From Azolla caroliniana (Eukaryota > Plantae > Polypodiophyta), in the NCBI GenBank assembly GCA_043228905.1, contig JBHGNT010000012.1, positions 992,001 to 1,056,000 on the forward strand: DNA of 64,000 nucleotides, in the 5' to 3' direction. Below the pieces are notes generated by a model. It did no database searches. It had not been told where the DNA came from and saw only the letters and a program-made list of their open reading frames with translations. A program made the translations under genes and the position numbers. This document shows positions 24,304 to 36,514 of this stretch, piece after piece (the first letter of the stretch is position 1; each line of letters opens with the position of its first letter).

Positions 24304-27181
24304 GTTAGAAATTCATGACAAAACTTATCCTTAAGTTTCACATTCTATACCATATAAACAAGTTTATTGTAGATTAATCATGAGTATATTTCTATTCTTC
24401 TCTATTGTGAAATGCACATAGGGAGGATCCGAAGTAGACAATTTTTCTTCTTACTTGCTGTTTAATTTATAGTTGATGCAGAGGTCTCCATTTGGGTTGG
24501 TTTAGCTACCAACTAATTTTGGCACAAAGGAACAAAGGTACACCACAACATGAAGCCTTGCGCTTGCTCAAAAAGTGGCATAAAGGTACGCCACAATATT
24601 ATGGTTTTAATATATTCTTATTAAGTGTCCTTTTGGATTTAGAGTAAAATTTATATCATAAAATTTACCCTAAACCAAGTGTATAGTGTAAGTGTTGTAT
24701 AGCAAGCGTGCATAAACTTTTGGATGGGATCATCATCAATAGAACAATATGCCACTTAGCAACACCAAGTTAACACATAGTCCTCGACATTTAACGCCCC
24801 TTGCTCGACGTGAAAATAAATTGTTGTTATGTAAATGTTCGTGCACGTGCTACTTGAGTGGGATCACGAGGGTTTCAAAGGTGGGAGGATGAGAATGCTG
24901 GGAGGATGTGAGGACTCGAAAGTTGGGAGGACGCAATTATTGGGAGGATGCGAAGATTGGGAGGATGTGTAGGTTGACAAGACATGAATGTTGGGACGAC
25001 ACAAAGATTAGGAGGATGTGAACGTTCGGAGACGATTGAAGGACATGAACGTTCAGAGGACACAAACAAAGGACGTGGATAAATGAGGCAAATGCTCCCG
25101 AGGTGAATCAATAGCAAGTCACCAATGATGACAACATGAAGCACCCAATCATCAAACAAGGGCGTCGGGTTCCTACTTACATGACATATCAATCACCTAG
25201 TTGCTAGGATATCATCAAGAATGAAGGCCCATTGAACTGCAAAATAAGCAATAGACTAATCGTTTGACGCACTTAGAGCTCACAGAGGGAAAGAGGGAGG
25301 GTGCTTGTGAGCACTACACACGTTGGTATAAGTGGCAACCAAGCGAACCAACAAAATAAGTGTGAAGTTGTCTGCCATAGTCATAAGGAGAATTGGATTT
25401 CCAACGCAGAATTGCATAGTGGCCGAAAATGCCTTTAGAGACAGAGTGGCTCGATACCATTCACGCTCTTCGAGTTGAAAGCGGGTGTTTGGGCAACACC
25501 CAAACGGGATGCGGTTTGTTGGGATTGCGATGGATGGTTTCACACTAGCCCATCACATGCATGCGTGTAACATCTATAAGAGAGAGAGAGAGAGAGAGAG
25601 CCCAATACCAATTGAGAACAAGGAGTGCAGCCTACCTAGTAGTTAGGAGTCGGTAACGGCTCCGCTCAAGCCTTAACCGAGCCGTTAAATTGTTCATAAA
25701 CAGTTTGGTTTGGTTTTTGTTTTATATAAATGGTTTGAAAGTTAATAACGGTTTGGTTTGGTTTTTGTTTTATATAAATGGTTTGGTTTAATGGCTTGAA
25801 AGTTCATAAACGGTTTTGTTTTGTTTTGTTTTATATAATTGGTTTGGTTTAGCTCGGTTTGCTTTCAAGGAAAAGAAAACGAACCGAACCGGGCTATTGG
25901 AATATTTAATTTTTGCATACCTATAAAAATGATGATTATAACTTTATTTATACATAATACTCAACTAATCTCAAAACTTATGCTCATGTTAACTCCATTT
26001 AGTTTGCCAACTGCAAATTCCATAGAAAGGACATTACAATACCTTGCTTGGGGAATAAAAAACAAATCTCCTATATCCTTATGTATATATACGCACTAAT
26101 CTCAGAACTTTTGCTTGTGTTAACTTGATTTAGTTTGCTAACTGCAATTACATAGAAGGACATTATAATACCTTGGGGGATAAAAACAATTTGTTCTGAT
26201 GAAAGTCTAGGAATCATGTCTCTCTGCCAATGCAACTAGAGATCCCAACTACTAGGAAACTTGTTGCACCAGATACAAGAATAGGAGCCCAACACATATT
26301 TGCTATTGCAAGAGAGCCTTTCACATTATCTACTCCGATGCATTTGGAATGACAAGTCATTGGTATTTCGTCAAACATTACGTGGTGTAGTGGTTATCCC
26401 TTGCATTACATACCTTGTTTATATATATATATATATCTTTTTTAGCTGACAAGCAGACATCTTTAGGCTTGTGTTTTTTATCGAGTCATGGAAGTAATTC
26501 CTTCTTCAATCGGAAAAAGGCGGAAATCTTCATAAACCATGATTATTCTTTTTGGGATTGCCAAGCTCAGAGTTTTTTTTTCCAAGGTTCAGTGACAATG
26601 AAACAAACATTTTAACGTCTACCCTTTGTACTTCTTATTGTACCCTTGCCCTAGCCTTCAACCTTCTATATATTTCTTGTTTGACTTGTTTCCCCATGTG
26701 CACTTCTCACATCATGAAATGCTTGTATTAATATGAGTAAGCGCCAACTACCCTCTTAATTAGTGAGGTAAATGGAGAGAGTCGTGCAACTAATGTATGG
26801 GTTAACAACTTGTTGCATAGTAGGGACCTTACTTAGAGTTCTAAGCTTAGATCTCCATATATTTATGTCCTTTTGTTTGTCGTACTTTTTCCACTTTTAG
26901 TGAACCACAAAACCAAGTATTAACATTACCGATGTTGATCAAACTCCAAACGTTAAAAAGGGATATCTCCTATGGAACGTTATAGTTTATCCATGTCATG
27001 TTCATCATGAGACATTAAATCATATCCTGCGAAAATGTAGGAGACATCTATATGCCAAACTTTTCATGAACAAAGTATTGATCTACCAATACAATTCACA
27101 TGATCTTAATACAAATATAAACATTCACTAGGACTTTAGTATAGAAGAAACACATATTATTTGTAAACTTGACATCGCAAT

Positions 27182-27752
27182 CATAGTTCTAGCCATACGT
27201 CCCATTCGTGTCATACTCAAACGCCAATATTCGTATCATACTCATACGTGAAAAGGCTCCAAGTATGATTGAAATCCATACGCGGTACATAGATATATTA
27301 TATATACATATGGTGTATATGGTGTACATTGTGTGTGTGTGTGTGTGAGGGAGAGAGAGAGAGAGCGTGTGTGGTCTAGAGAGAGAAGCCCTATTTTGCA
27401 TGTGTGAGGAGACAGTGAGTGAGTGTATATCTAGACTCTAGAGAGAGAGAGAGAGAGAGGAGCTATGGGTTTTGTCTGTGTGAGGGAGTATGTAATATGT
27501 ATATTAGATATCTAGATTTTGTAGAGAGAGAAAATCTGTCAGTTCTCGTGTGTGAGAGAGAGAGAGTGTGTGTGTGTATGTGTGTCAGATGTCATTTCTA
27601 TTCACAAAATATTATGAATATCAAAAATTTTAAAAACCAAAAAAAAGTCAAAAAAAAAAGAAGCCAAACGAATATCGCGTATCATACGCGTACGTTTGCA
27701 AACGTTCGCGTACGTCCAGTAAATTGGACGTACGCGAATATTAGGAACTATG
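27182..27752. mobile_element. Non-autonomous hAT-type element (MITE), 571 bp
   Basis: TIR CATAGTTC...GAACTATG and 8-bp TSD ATCGCAAT (27174-27181 / 27753-27760). Empty site in units 1 and 3. Confidence 0.92.
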
Positions 27753-27984
27753 ATCGCAATTAATGAACATGATCATTCATGAACGTACAAGTAACACTTC
27801 ACAACTACTATGTAACATAAACAATAGCTTGGTGCATCAAATTTGAAGGGAGTTGTTATTACATATGAAATCATATCTTTATTAATGAACAAAAACAACT
27901 TTATTTCACTCTGTGTGATTGTTTATGAATCACGCATTGTTTTATGGAACATTATTAGAAATGGAATTGGAAAAGTGGTTTAAT

Positions 27985-28236
27985 TTAATCGTCATCTTCT
28001 GATGGAGTTGGAGCAGGAGGAATTGGTGTTGAGGGAGGAGTCAGAGCAGGAATAGTTGGAGCAAGAGGTGGAGTAGGAATTGGAGAAATAATTGGAGTTG
28101 GATATACTGATGGACAAGGTTGGGGCTCAGGCTCAGTTTCATCCGCATAGGTTTTTGATGGCCCATGAAGGACTAACATTGTGACAAAAAGGAAAATGCA
28201 CAAAAATCGGAATCGTTGCAACTCCATCTTCCCCAT
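27985..28236 (-). CDS. Small secreted proline-rich protein, copy 2, 83 aa
   Basis: As copy 1; two amino-acid differences from copy 3 (P>T, T>I). Confidence 0.8.
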   Translation of the reverse strand: MGKMELQRFRFLCIFLFVTMLVLHGPSKTYADETEPEPQPCPSVYPTPIISPIPTPPLAPTIPALTPPSTPIPPAPTPSEDDD

Positions 28237-29766
28237 GATAATACAAGTTATATATTGGATAACACTTAAATTGTGTATGGAGTATGTAATTAAGTTTGCT
28301 TCTCGTTGCTACAAAAGCTTTCCCCCCCCCCATCTTATAGTGCCTCAACACCTTGATGTATCATCAATACCAATGAAAAAATTCATAAATGATTAGTGAT
28401 AATAACAACCATGGAAATTGGAATCTTACAATGAAAATAAGCAATAATTGTTTTCCCTTCCCTCGGGTTTTCTAGGATATTCTAACTCTTCATTTTCAAG
28501 CATTTAATTCATTCAATTGATTTTGATGAGGTGCTTCGTTATACAATCTCTTTCTGTTTTTCAATGAATGAAAACTTTGATATTAGAAAAACATATATTA
28601 CAATACAAGACATGATATTTACATTTCAAGAGCTCCATGGGCAATTTCGATTGAAAATTGCAAAGGCACAGTCCATGATATGCTTAGGTAAAATTGCTCG
28701 GAAATGATGGTCGGCAAAAGTTTTCATCTAAAGATTATCGATAACAGTTAGTATGGAATGTTAGTGGATATTGAATAGTGATTATTTTGCGTGCATGCCT
28801 TAATGTTTCAAATAATTTTCAACATCTTCAATTTCAAGCAATTGCTTTATTGAAATGATTTGGATGGTGTATACATTTGTTTCATAAAAAGCACAAATAT
28901 ACATACATATTACAAACATACATCAACATGCATACACATGCATATACATAAGTTTCTAGACATTCATGTAAGCACATGGTTAATCAATCATACACATTAA
29001 AACACGTGCCCTTAACCAATTGTACACATTCATAGAATTGCAAATTTGAGGTAGGTGCATTGTTTATCACATTCTATCTTTACATGAATTCTTACTTTTT
29101 GTGTGTTCTATGTAATAGGTCTTGATGTCCCAATGGCATCTGATCGACACACAAAGTCGAGGGAAGTGAAAGTTTGTATTTTGAGGTATATTTTAGTGTA
29201 ATTTCAATGGTCCATAACTTCCCTTGATTTTATTGGCAAGGAAATACAAAAGGCATGTCAAACATCGTAACCAACCGATGGTTGGCACACCCTTAGATTG
29301 GCTAAGTGTGGGATTGATTGATAAGATGCCACTTTCTACAGGATCATGTACTGGTTCTTTGGATTGAATGTAATCTCAATGAGAACTTTGATGAGATTCA
29401 TCTAAGAGGTGGGCTTGTGTTCAAAACAAGGTTAGGTGAATTTGTGAAGTTGTACTTCCCTCAAATGGAGACCCAATATTTGTCCAAATCTCTTACCCTA
29501 GGATTATTGTTCTTATCTACACTAGAGAATTTACACACCCAATTGTTTCTTAATATTTCTGGGATGGCAAAATCTATCACAAAAAATTATGTACTCATGG
29601 TTCGATCTAACTGTCCGTAATTAGATCGAACTCCTCCTATCCCTGTTCTTCACCCTTGTATATATTGACTTCTTGTTTAGCACCTTTACTCTTCTTGCAT
29701 GTTATTGTAACATATGTCTCTCAACATGATGGCGTGTGAGGATGACTCTTGTATGAAGAAACGTTG

Positions 29767-29797
<31 letters not shown>

Positions 29798-29800
29798 CCT

Positions 29801-31178
29801 CATGTATACATCAGCGGTTTGGGCTCCAGGATTACCATCTTTCATGTGGACGCAATTAGAGAGACCATTGGTGATGATGCTATCACGCCAACTCCGAAGC
29901 AAATCGACTGTACCACATGACATTATTAGGGCTGAGTTCACGTTACCCCCAATGTTAGTAGAGGCACTTTTTCAACTTGTAGTCTTCATTCACAAGATAC
30001 ATAGCCAACCACATGATAGAATATCTCATCAAGCCTTTAAGGCCTCTCGATCATTGTATGAGTCCGGCTATACTAGCTCATGGTATGGCATGATGGTGAG
30101 TTGGCTTCTTGCGAATGGTCTAGACATTAATAACCTACCTCCCCTTAGGTACAACCACACGAGTGATAACACTTTAATCTCTCATGAGGACCGCAATAAA
30201 GTAATACGCCAAGAAATATGGCAAATTTACACTCGGTGTAATTGGATCACCCCACTAGAGCCACTCCCATCTAAAATGTTGTACTATAAGAAACACTTCA
30301 TGCACTTCTTTGAGTTAGGTTTTATCACGCGGCCAAAATATCTAGATGTATTCTTACCACATGCACTAAGGGTTGCCATTGGACAACTTAGAATATCATC
30401 TCACCAACTTGAGATTGAGAATGGCCGTACTAGTGGAGTCCCTAGGGAGGAAAGGATATGTAGGTTGTGTCACATAGAGATAGAGGATGAGTACCACTTT
30501 ACATGCAAGTGTCCAACCTATGCCGAGATAAGGGCAAAATACCAAGACATACTTGGTTCGTCCCCCACCCTCCCCAAACTATTAGATACTCTAGATATAA
30601 AGAAATTAGGCAAATACATTCTAGAGCTAAAACAACACAGAGAGAATAAGTTACAAAATGTTGACAATAATGTTGCTAATGATCACAAACATGTAACAAA
30701 TGAAGTTTTTCAGGAACAGGGGGAGACAACGAATGCCGACACACTTGCACCACTCGGCCTTTCCATTGATGAGGTAGAAGACTAGAGAAGAACCAGAAGT
30801 CCTCGGGTGCCGGGTTTCAAAGCAACTCGACGTGATGTGGAAGCAATATTGAAAATAAGGGAACGTTAGCTACACCGCCTAGAAGCCATGGCTAGGGCTC
30901 TCTCTACATTGGAACCACGGGTCACCCACATCAAGACCCTTTGACCCCCCACTTCTTTTCGAGAGGCTTGGGTGGAAATAAAATTAGGCTTAGTGTATAG
31001 TCACTTTCGAGTATACTACGTATTGTACACTACTAGAACTCTTTTAGTTTAAGTTCTATTTTTTACTTAATTTTATTTTAGTTATGATGACTGGATAAAT
31101 ACTCTTTTGTTGTAAACCAATTGTCTCATGGGCCAAATTTGGCCTTAGAAGACGTTAATATATCTTTCTTTCTTTCTT

Positions 31179-31182
<4 letters not shown>
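29801..31182 (+). mobile_element. 5'-truncated non-LTR retrotransposon (RTEX-like ORF2 C-terminus plus 3' UTR) inserted in (CT)n
   Basis: ORF 29802-30785 with QLRISSHQLEIENGR...RICRLC...EDEYHF..KCPTY..IR C-terminal zinc-binding motif. (TTTC)n/(TC)n tail. Absent at the paralogous (CT)n in units 1 and 3. Clade assignment is from motif recall only. Confidence 0.8.
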
Positions 31183-31232
<50 letters not shown>

Positions 31233-31235
<3 letters not shown>

Positions 31236-31331
31236 GTAATTACCTTACCCTGGCGGTAAGTTGTTAGCACTACAAGCATTGAATTGTGGGTTCAAAACCC
31301 AACTTCTTCACCTCTCTATTATGTACTTCTT
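31233..31331 (+). mobile_element. Partial copy of the SINE-like repeat (second tRNA-like head only)
   Basis: Matches 15361-15460: TACCCTGGCGG...GGTTCAAAACC. Confidence 0.72.
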
Positions 31332-31344
31332 ATCTCTCTCTCTC

Positions 31345-34300
31345 TCGGTAAAAGTACACAATTATATTAATTGTATGTAAAATCCACTTAGTGACAACAC
31401 TTATTAGTCTCCTCTACCTATCATATGCCTATGTAGGGAGAGGGACGTTCTGTAATGCTACTAAAAAACCTGAATATGCATTTCAGGAAATGATACCCAA
31501 ATGCTCTAACATCCAAAAATTCCACATGAGAATACCTTTAAGCTTCTTTATATAGGCTTTCACCCCATGTCTTGACGGGAACTACACGCTCCGATGAATG
31601 ACGCTCGGCCACAACCGAGTCTAAAATCAAACACAGAAAAACAGGTAAGAATGCACGACACAATGAAGAGAAGAGTACACTGGATGTTTACGTGGAAAAC
31701 CCAAACTAGGGAAAAACCACGGCAGCCCACAGGCTACAAACTATCACTATGTTACAGTGTACAACAATAAAGCACCGAGGCAACGACCTCGAGCTTTCTA
31801 TCTTCGCCACAAGCGGCGGTTACAACAGAGGCAACAACCTCTTCCTCTCTCTCTCTCTATACACAGTTACGCGCTCTGATCTCGCGCAAACAAGAATGAC
31901 AACAACACTCTACGTCATCACCAATAAGTTTGCCCTAAGTCATATTTATACTAATATGAATTTTCGGCTATTTACAAATATAGCCTCGATGGACTCTCAG
32001 AAATATATTTACGAATATGTCTCTTCATCCGGTGAGCACTCCTCACCGGGTCTGCACCATCCGGCTCTCCGTAGCCGGGTACTCCTCATCCGAAGGGACC
32101 TGTCTCCCAACAAACACCCCCTTCACTCCGGCATGGGGAGTCTTACTAGTCTGATCCGCTTCTTGCATGCATCCAGCTTGTCGGGTATCAGTACTTTGGT
32201 CAGCATATCTGACCCGTTCTCGGCCGTGTGGATCTTAGTCAGCGCGAACTCCTGGTCATCTACTCTTTCCCGGATCCAGTGATACCTTCGTTGGATATGC
32301 TTCGTCCGGGAATGGTAGGCTGCATTCTTTGCAAGGTGGATGGCACTTTGACTATCGCAATAGAGCCGGTATTCATCTTGCCGGATACTGAGCTCTCCGA
32401 TGAAGTCCTTCATCCATAATATTTCCTTGCCGGCTTCCACAACCGCCATGTACTCCGCCTCCGTGGTTGACAACGCAACCGTCTTCTGCAGCCTCGACTG
32501 CCACGAAACAACTCCCCCTGCATATGTCATTACATACCCGAATGTAGACCGGCTAGTATCCACATCAGCCGACATGTCCGAATCGGTAAAACCGTCAAGT
32601 TGAGGTTTTTCGGAGCCGAATCGGAGACACATGTTTGAAGTGCCCTTCAAGTACTTGAGTATCCATTTGACCGCGTTCCAGTGCTCCTTGCCGGGATTGC
32701 TCATGAACCAGCTCACCACTCCGACTGCGTATCCTATATCCGGTCGGGTACACACCATTGCGTACATTAAGCTCCCGACGGCAGAGGCATATGGAATCTT
32801 CATCATATCCGCCTTCTCTGCTTTTGTCTTCGGGTTTTGCTTACCGGATAACCTGCAGTTTGCCGGAAGTGTCGATCCGACTGGTTTCGCATCTAACATG
32901 TTGAACCGTTGAAGCACCTTTGTCACATACTTCTCCTGTGACAACCACAATTGCTTCATTGACCGGTTCCAGATGATATGCATCCCCAACATCTGTCTTG
33001 CCGGACCCAAGTCTTTCATTGAGAAGGTCCGGTTGAGAGCCTTCTTCAACATCCGTATTTTGGCTTGGTCCCATCCGACGATCAACATGTCGTCCAAGTA
33101 CAGAAGGAGTATTAGGAAGTCGCCTCCTTCGAACTTCTGCACAAACACGCAGTGATCAGCCTGCGTCTTGTGGTACCCTTGATCGGTCATGAAGGAGTCG
33201 AACTTCCGGTACCATTGTCGGGGGGCCTGCTTCAACCCGTAGAGGCTCTTCCTCAACCAGCAAACCAGGTGCTCCTTCCCATTCTCCACGAATCCTTCCA
33301 GTTGCTGCATGTAGATCTCCTCTTCGAGGTCGCCGTGAAGGAATGTCATCTTCACGTCCAGCTGCTCTACCTCGAGGTCCATGCTTGCCGCTATACTCAG
33401 CACCGTTCGGATGGAGGTCATCTTTACTATCGGGGCAAATATCTCGTCGAAGTCCACACCCTTCTTCTGCTAGAACCCCTTCACCACGATCCTGGCTTTG
33501 TATCTCGGGGGTTTGCCGGCATCTCCTGGTTTCAACTTGTACACCCACTTGTTTCGAAGTGCCCGCTTTCCTTTCGGCAACTCTACCAATTCGTACGTAT
33601 GGTTCTCATGCAGGGAATCCATCTCATCCTGCATGGCACTTAACCATTTGCGGCTGTGGGTGTCATCCTTCGCTTCTTCGAAGCTTTCTGGCTCCCCCTC
33701 ATCGGTTAGCAGCACATGCTCTATATCTGGAAATCTCCGGGGGGCCCTTCTCTCTCTGAGAGGATATCTCCGTCTCTAGGCTTCGGTAACCGGCTCCTCC
33801 ATTTTCTCTTCATCCAAATCCGATTCGGGGTCTTGGCCGGTTCCGGTTTTAGCTTCCTCTACTTCTTCTTATGCCGGTTCGGTACCCTCACCGTAACCGG
33901 CTGGTTCCTCGAGTGCTAACCGGTCTCTTGCCGGTTGGGTCTGCTCATCGTAGAATCGATCCTTACCGGTCGACTCGGAGTTCATTATCTTCTTCTCCGA
34001 CTCCCAGTCGGCGAGCGTCTGTCCTCCATGAAGATAATATCTCGACTCCGGAATACCTTCTTGTCGACCAGGTCCCACACTCGGTAGCCGAACTCATCGT
34101 CGCCGTAACCGAGGAATATGCATGGCTGGGTCTTTGGATCTAACTTTCCTCTCCGGTCCTTAGTTACATGCATGTACGCGAGACACCCGAACACCTTCAG
34201 ATGCCGGTAGGATACTTCCTTACCGATCCATACTCTTTGTGGCGTGTCTCCGTCCAAGGGTACTGAGGGTGATCTGTTTATCACATATGTCGCCGTCGAC

Positions 34301-36471
34301 AGTGCCTCAGCCCAAAACTTCTTGGGTAGTTTTGCATGCGCCAGCATACTCCGGACCCTTTCCATTATGGTCTGGTTCATCCTCTTGGCCAGCCCGTTTA
34401 GTTGCGGCGTCTTCAGCACAATAAATTCGAGCCAGATTCCCTTCAAGCGACAGTACTCCTCGAACTGCCCCCGGTATTCACCTCCGTTATCTGCTCGAAC
34501 CGCCTTCAGCTTCCGGTCAGTTTCTCTTTCCACTCTCGCGTGGAGCTCTTTGAAGACGGATAACACCTGATCCTTCGTCTTCAACGGTGTGGCCCACAAC
34601 TTCCAGTTGTGGTCATTTATGAACGTCACGAAGTACTGTGATCCTGCATGTGACTTCATGTCCACTTGACACACATCAGTATGCACCAACTCCAGTGGTG
34701 CATTACGTCTCATCGGTGGCCTTGGTCGGAAGGAGGTCCGGTTTTGCTTATCGGCCAGACAGTCAGTGCAATTCTCAAAGTGCACGTTCTTCACTGGAAT
34801 GAGGTTGTCGTCTGCAAGCCTCTTCATCCCCTTCTCGCTCATGTGACACAGCCTTTTGTGCCACAGCTCACCGGCAGTGTCGGATGCCACGTTCACTTCC
34901 TTCGGGCATAACCGGGCATTCATCAGGTATAGTGTGTTTACCTTCCGGGCCCGAGCCACAATCAGGCTCCCTTTGCTGAACTTCATGACACTGTTCCGGA
35001 TGCTACCCGTGTAGCCTTCATCATCTAGCCGACCGGCTAATATCAGGTTCAGACGAACCTCCAGAACGTGTCGGACATCCTTCAGCAGTAGCTTGCATCC
35101 AGTTGGTGTTGTCAGCCACACGTCTCCTATGCCGACAATTCGGCATGTACCTTCATTCCCCATCCGAACATAGCCGTGATCATCGGTTGAGTAGGATGAG
35201 AAGCATTTCCGGTCCGGGGTAAGGTGGAATGACGCTCCGGAGTCGACCACCTAGGTCATCTTGTCGCCGGCAAGGTTTATCTCACTCTCCTCGGTGATGA
35301 GCATCAACTCTTCTTCACTTGCCGCGATTGCCGTCGTTCCCTTCCGGTCCAGCCCCCTCCGGTCTTTACCGTTCCGGTCCAGTGTCCGCTTCGAATCGGT
35401 ACCGTCGGTTTCCTTGTCTTTTCAAAAATGCCGACAGTTCTTCTGGAAGTATCCCGGCTTGCCACAATAGAAGCAAGTAGGCCTCCCCCTTGACTTTGAC
35501 CGTGTCCCCGACTTTTCCCGGTTCTGGGGACTACGGTTTCTATGTCTTCCGCGTTCCAATTCGGTAAGGAGCACTTTGGAGTCGGAGCTCGTATCCTTAT
35601 CTTTCCGACGCGCCTCCTCATCTAGCAAGCTCGACTTCACTCTTGCTAGGGATAACCGTTTCCCTTCCGGCCTGGCGTTGCCCAAGGTGACAACCAACGT
35701 CTCCCAACTATCTGGGAGGGAACCGAGCAGGAGCAGCGCTAGTACCTCATCGGCGAGAGGTACTTCCAATCAAGTTGCCTGGTGGATCAGCCCCTGGAAG
35801 GCATTCATGTGCTCCGCCATGCTGGAGCCATCTTGGTACCGGAGTCTTACTACCTTCCGGAATACCGAGACCTGATTGACAGCATTTTTGTTTTGAAACA
35901 TAATGTCGATCTTCTCCTAGAGCTCATGAGCCTTGCTCTCTTCATTGAAGTTGTTGTATAGGCTCATGTCGATGAAGCACCGTATGTACGTCGTTGTCTT
36001 CATGTGCATCACCTCCCATATCGTGGCGTCGATTTTGTCCGGTCTCTTGTCCCCGAACTGAACCGACAACCAAAGATCTTTAACCACGAGCATGTCCCTC
36101 ATCTTCGACTTCCACACCGAATAGTTGGAGCCGGTGAGCTTGAACATGCCTCCCAACGAATCGTCCATTTTCTGTGTCGTTTCACTCTGATACCACTTTG
36201 ACAGGAACTGCACGCTCCCTATGTGCAACGCTCAGCCACAACCGAGCTTAGAATCATACACAAAAAACGAGAAATGAAACACACGACACAAAGGCAAGAA
36301 GAGTACACAGGATGTTTAACGTGGAAAACCCTAAGAGGGAAAAACCACGGGAGTCCACAGACTCCAAACTATCAGTATATAAGAATGTACAATGGTGGAG
36401 CATCGAGGCAACGACCTCGAGCTTGCTATCTTCACCACAATCGGCGGTTACAACAGAGATACGAAACCTTC

Positions 36472-36514
<43 letters not shown>

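Larger units (their letters stand above)
11850..25690. repeat. Tandem duplication unit 1 (~4.7-kb core plus inserted L1, SINE-like repeats and gypsy element)
   Basis: Near-identical blocks at ~11.9-15.3, 25.8-29.8 and 41.6-45.0 kb, and at ~24.1-25.7, 40.1-41.6 and 45.1-46.2 kb. Confidence 0.95.

Noticed and set aside
24875-25543. ORFs in the TGGGAGGATG-rich part of the unit
   Set aside because: Not conserved as ORFs across units (partly deleted in unit 3) and low complexity.
29318-29620. 100-aa ORF repeated in the tandem units
   Set aside because: Non-ATG start, interrupted in unit 1 and frameshifted in unit 3; no recognisable domain.
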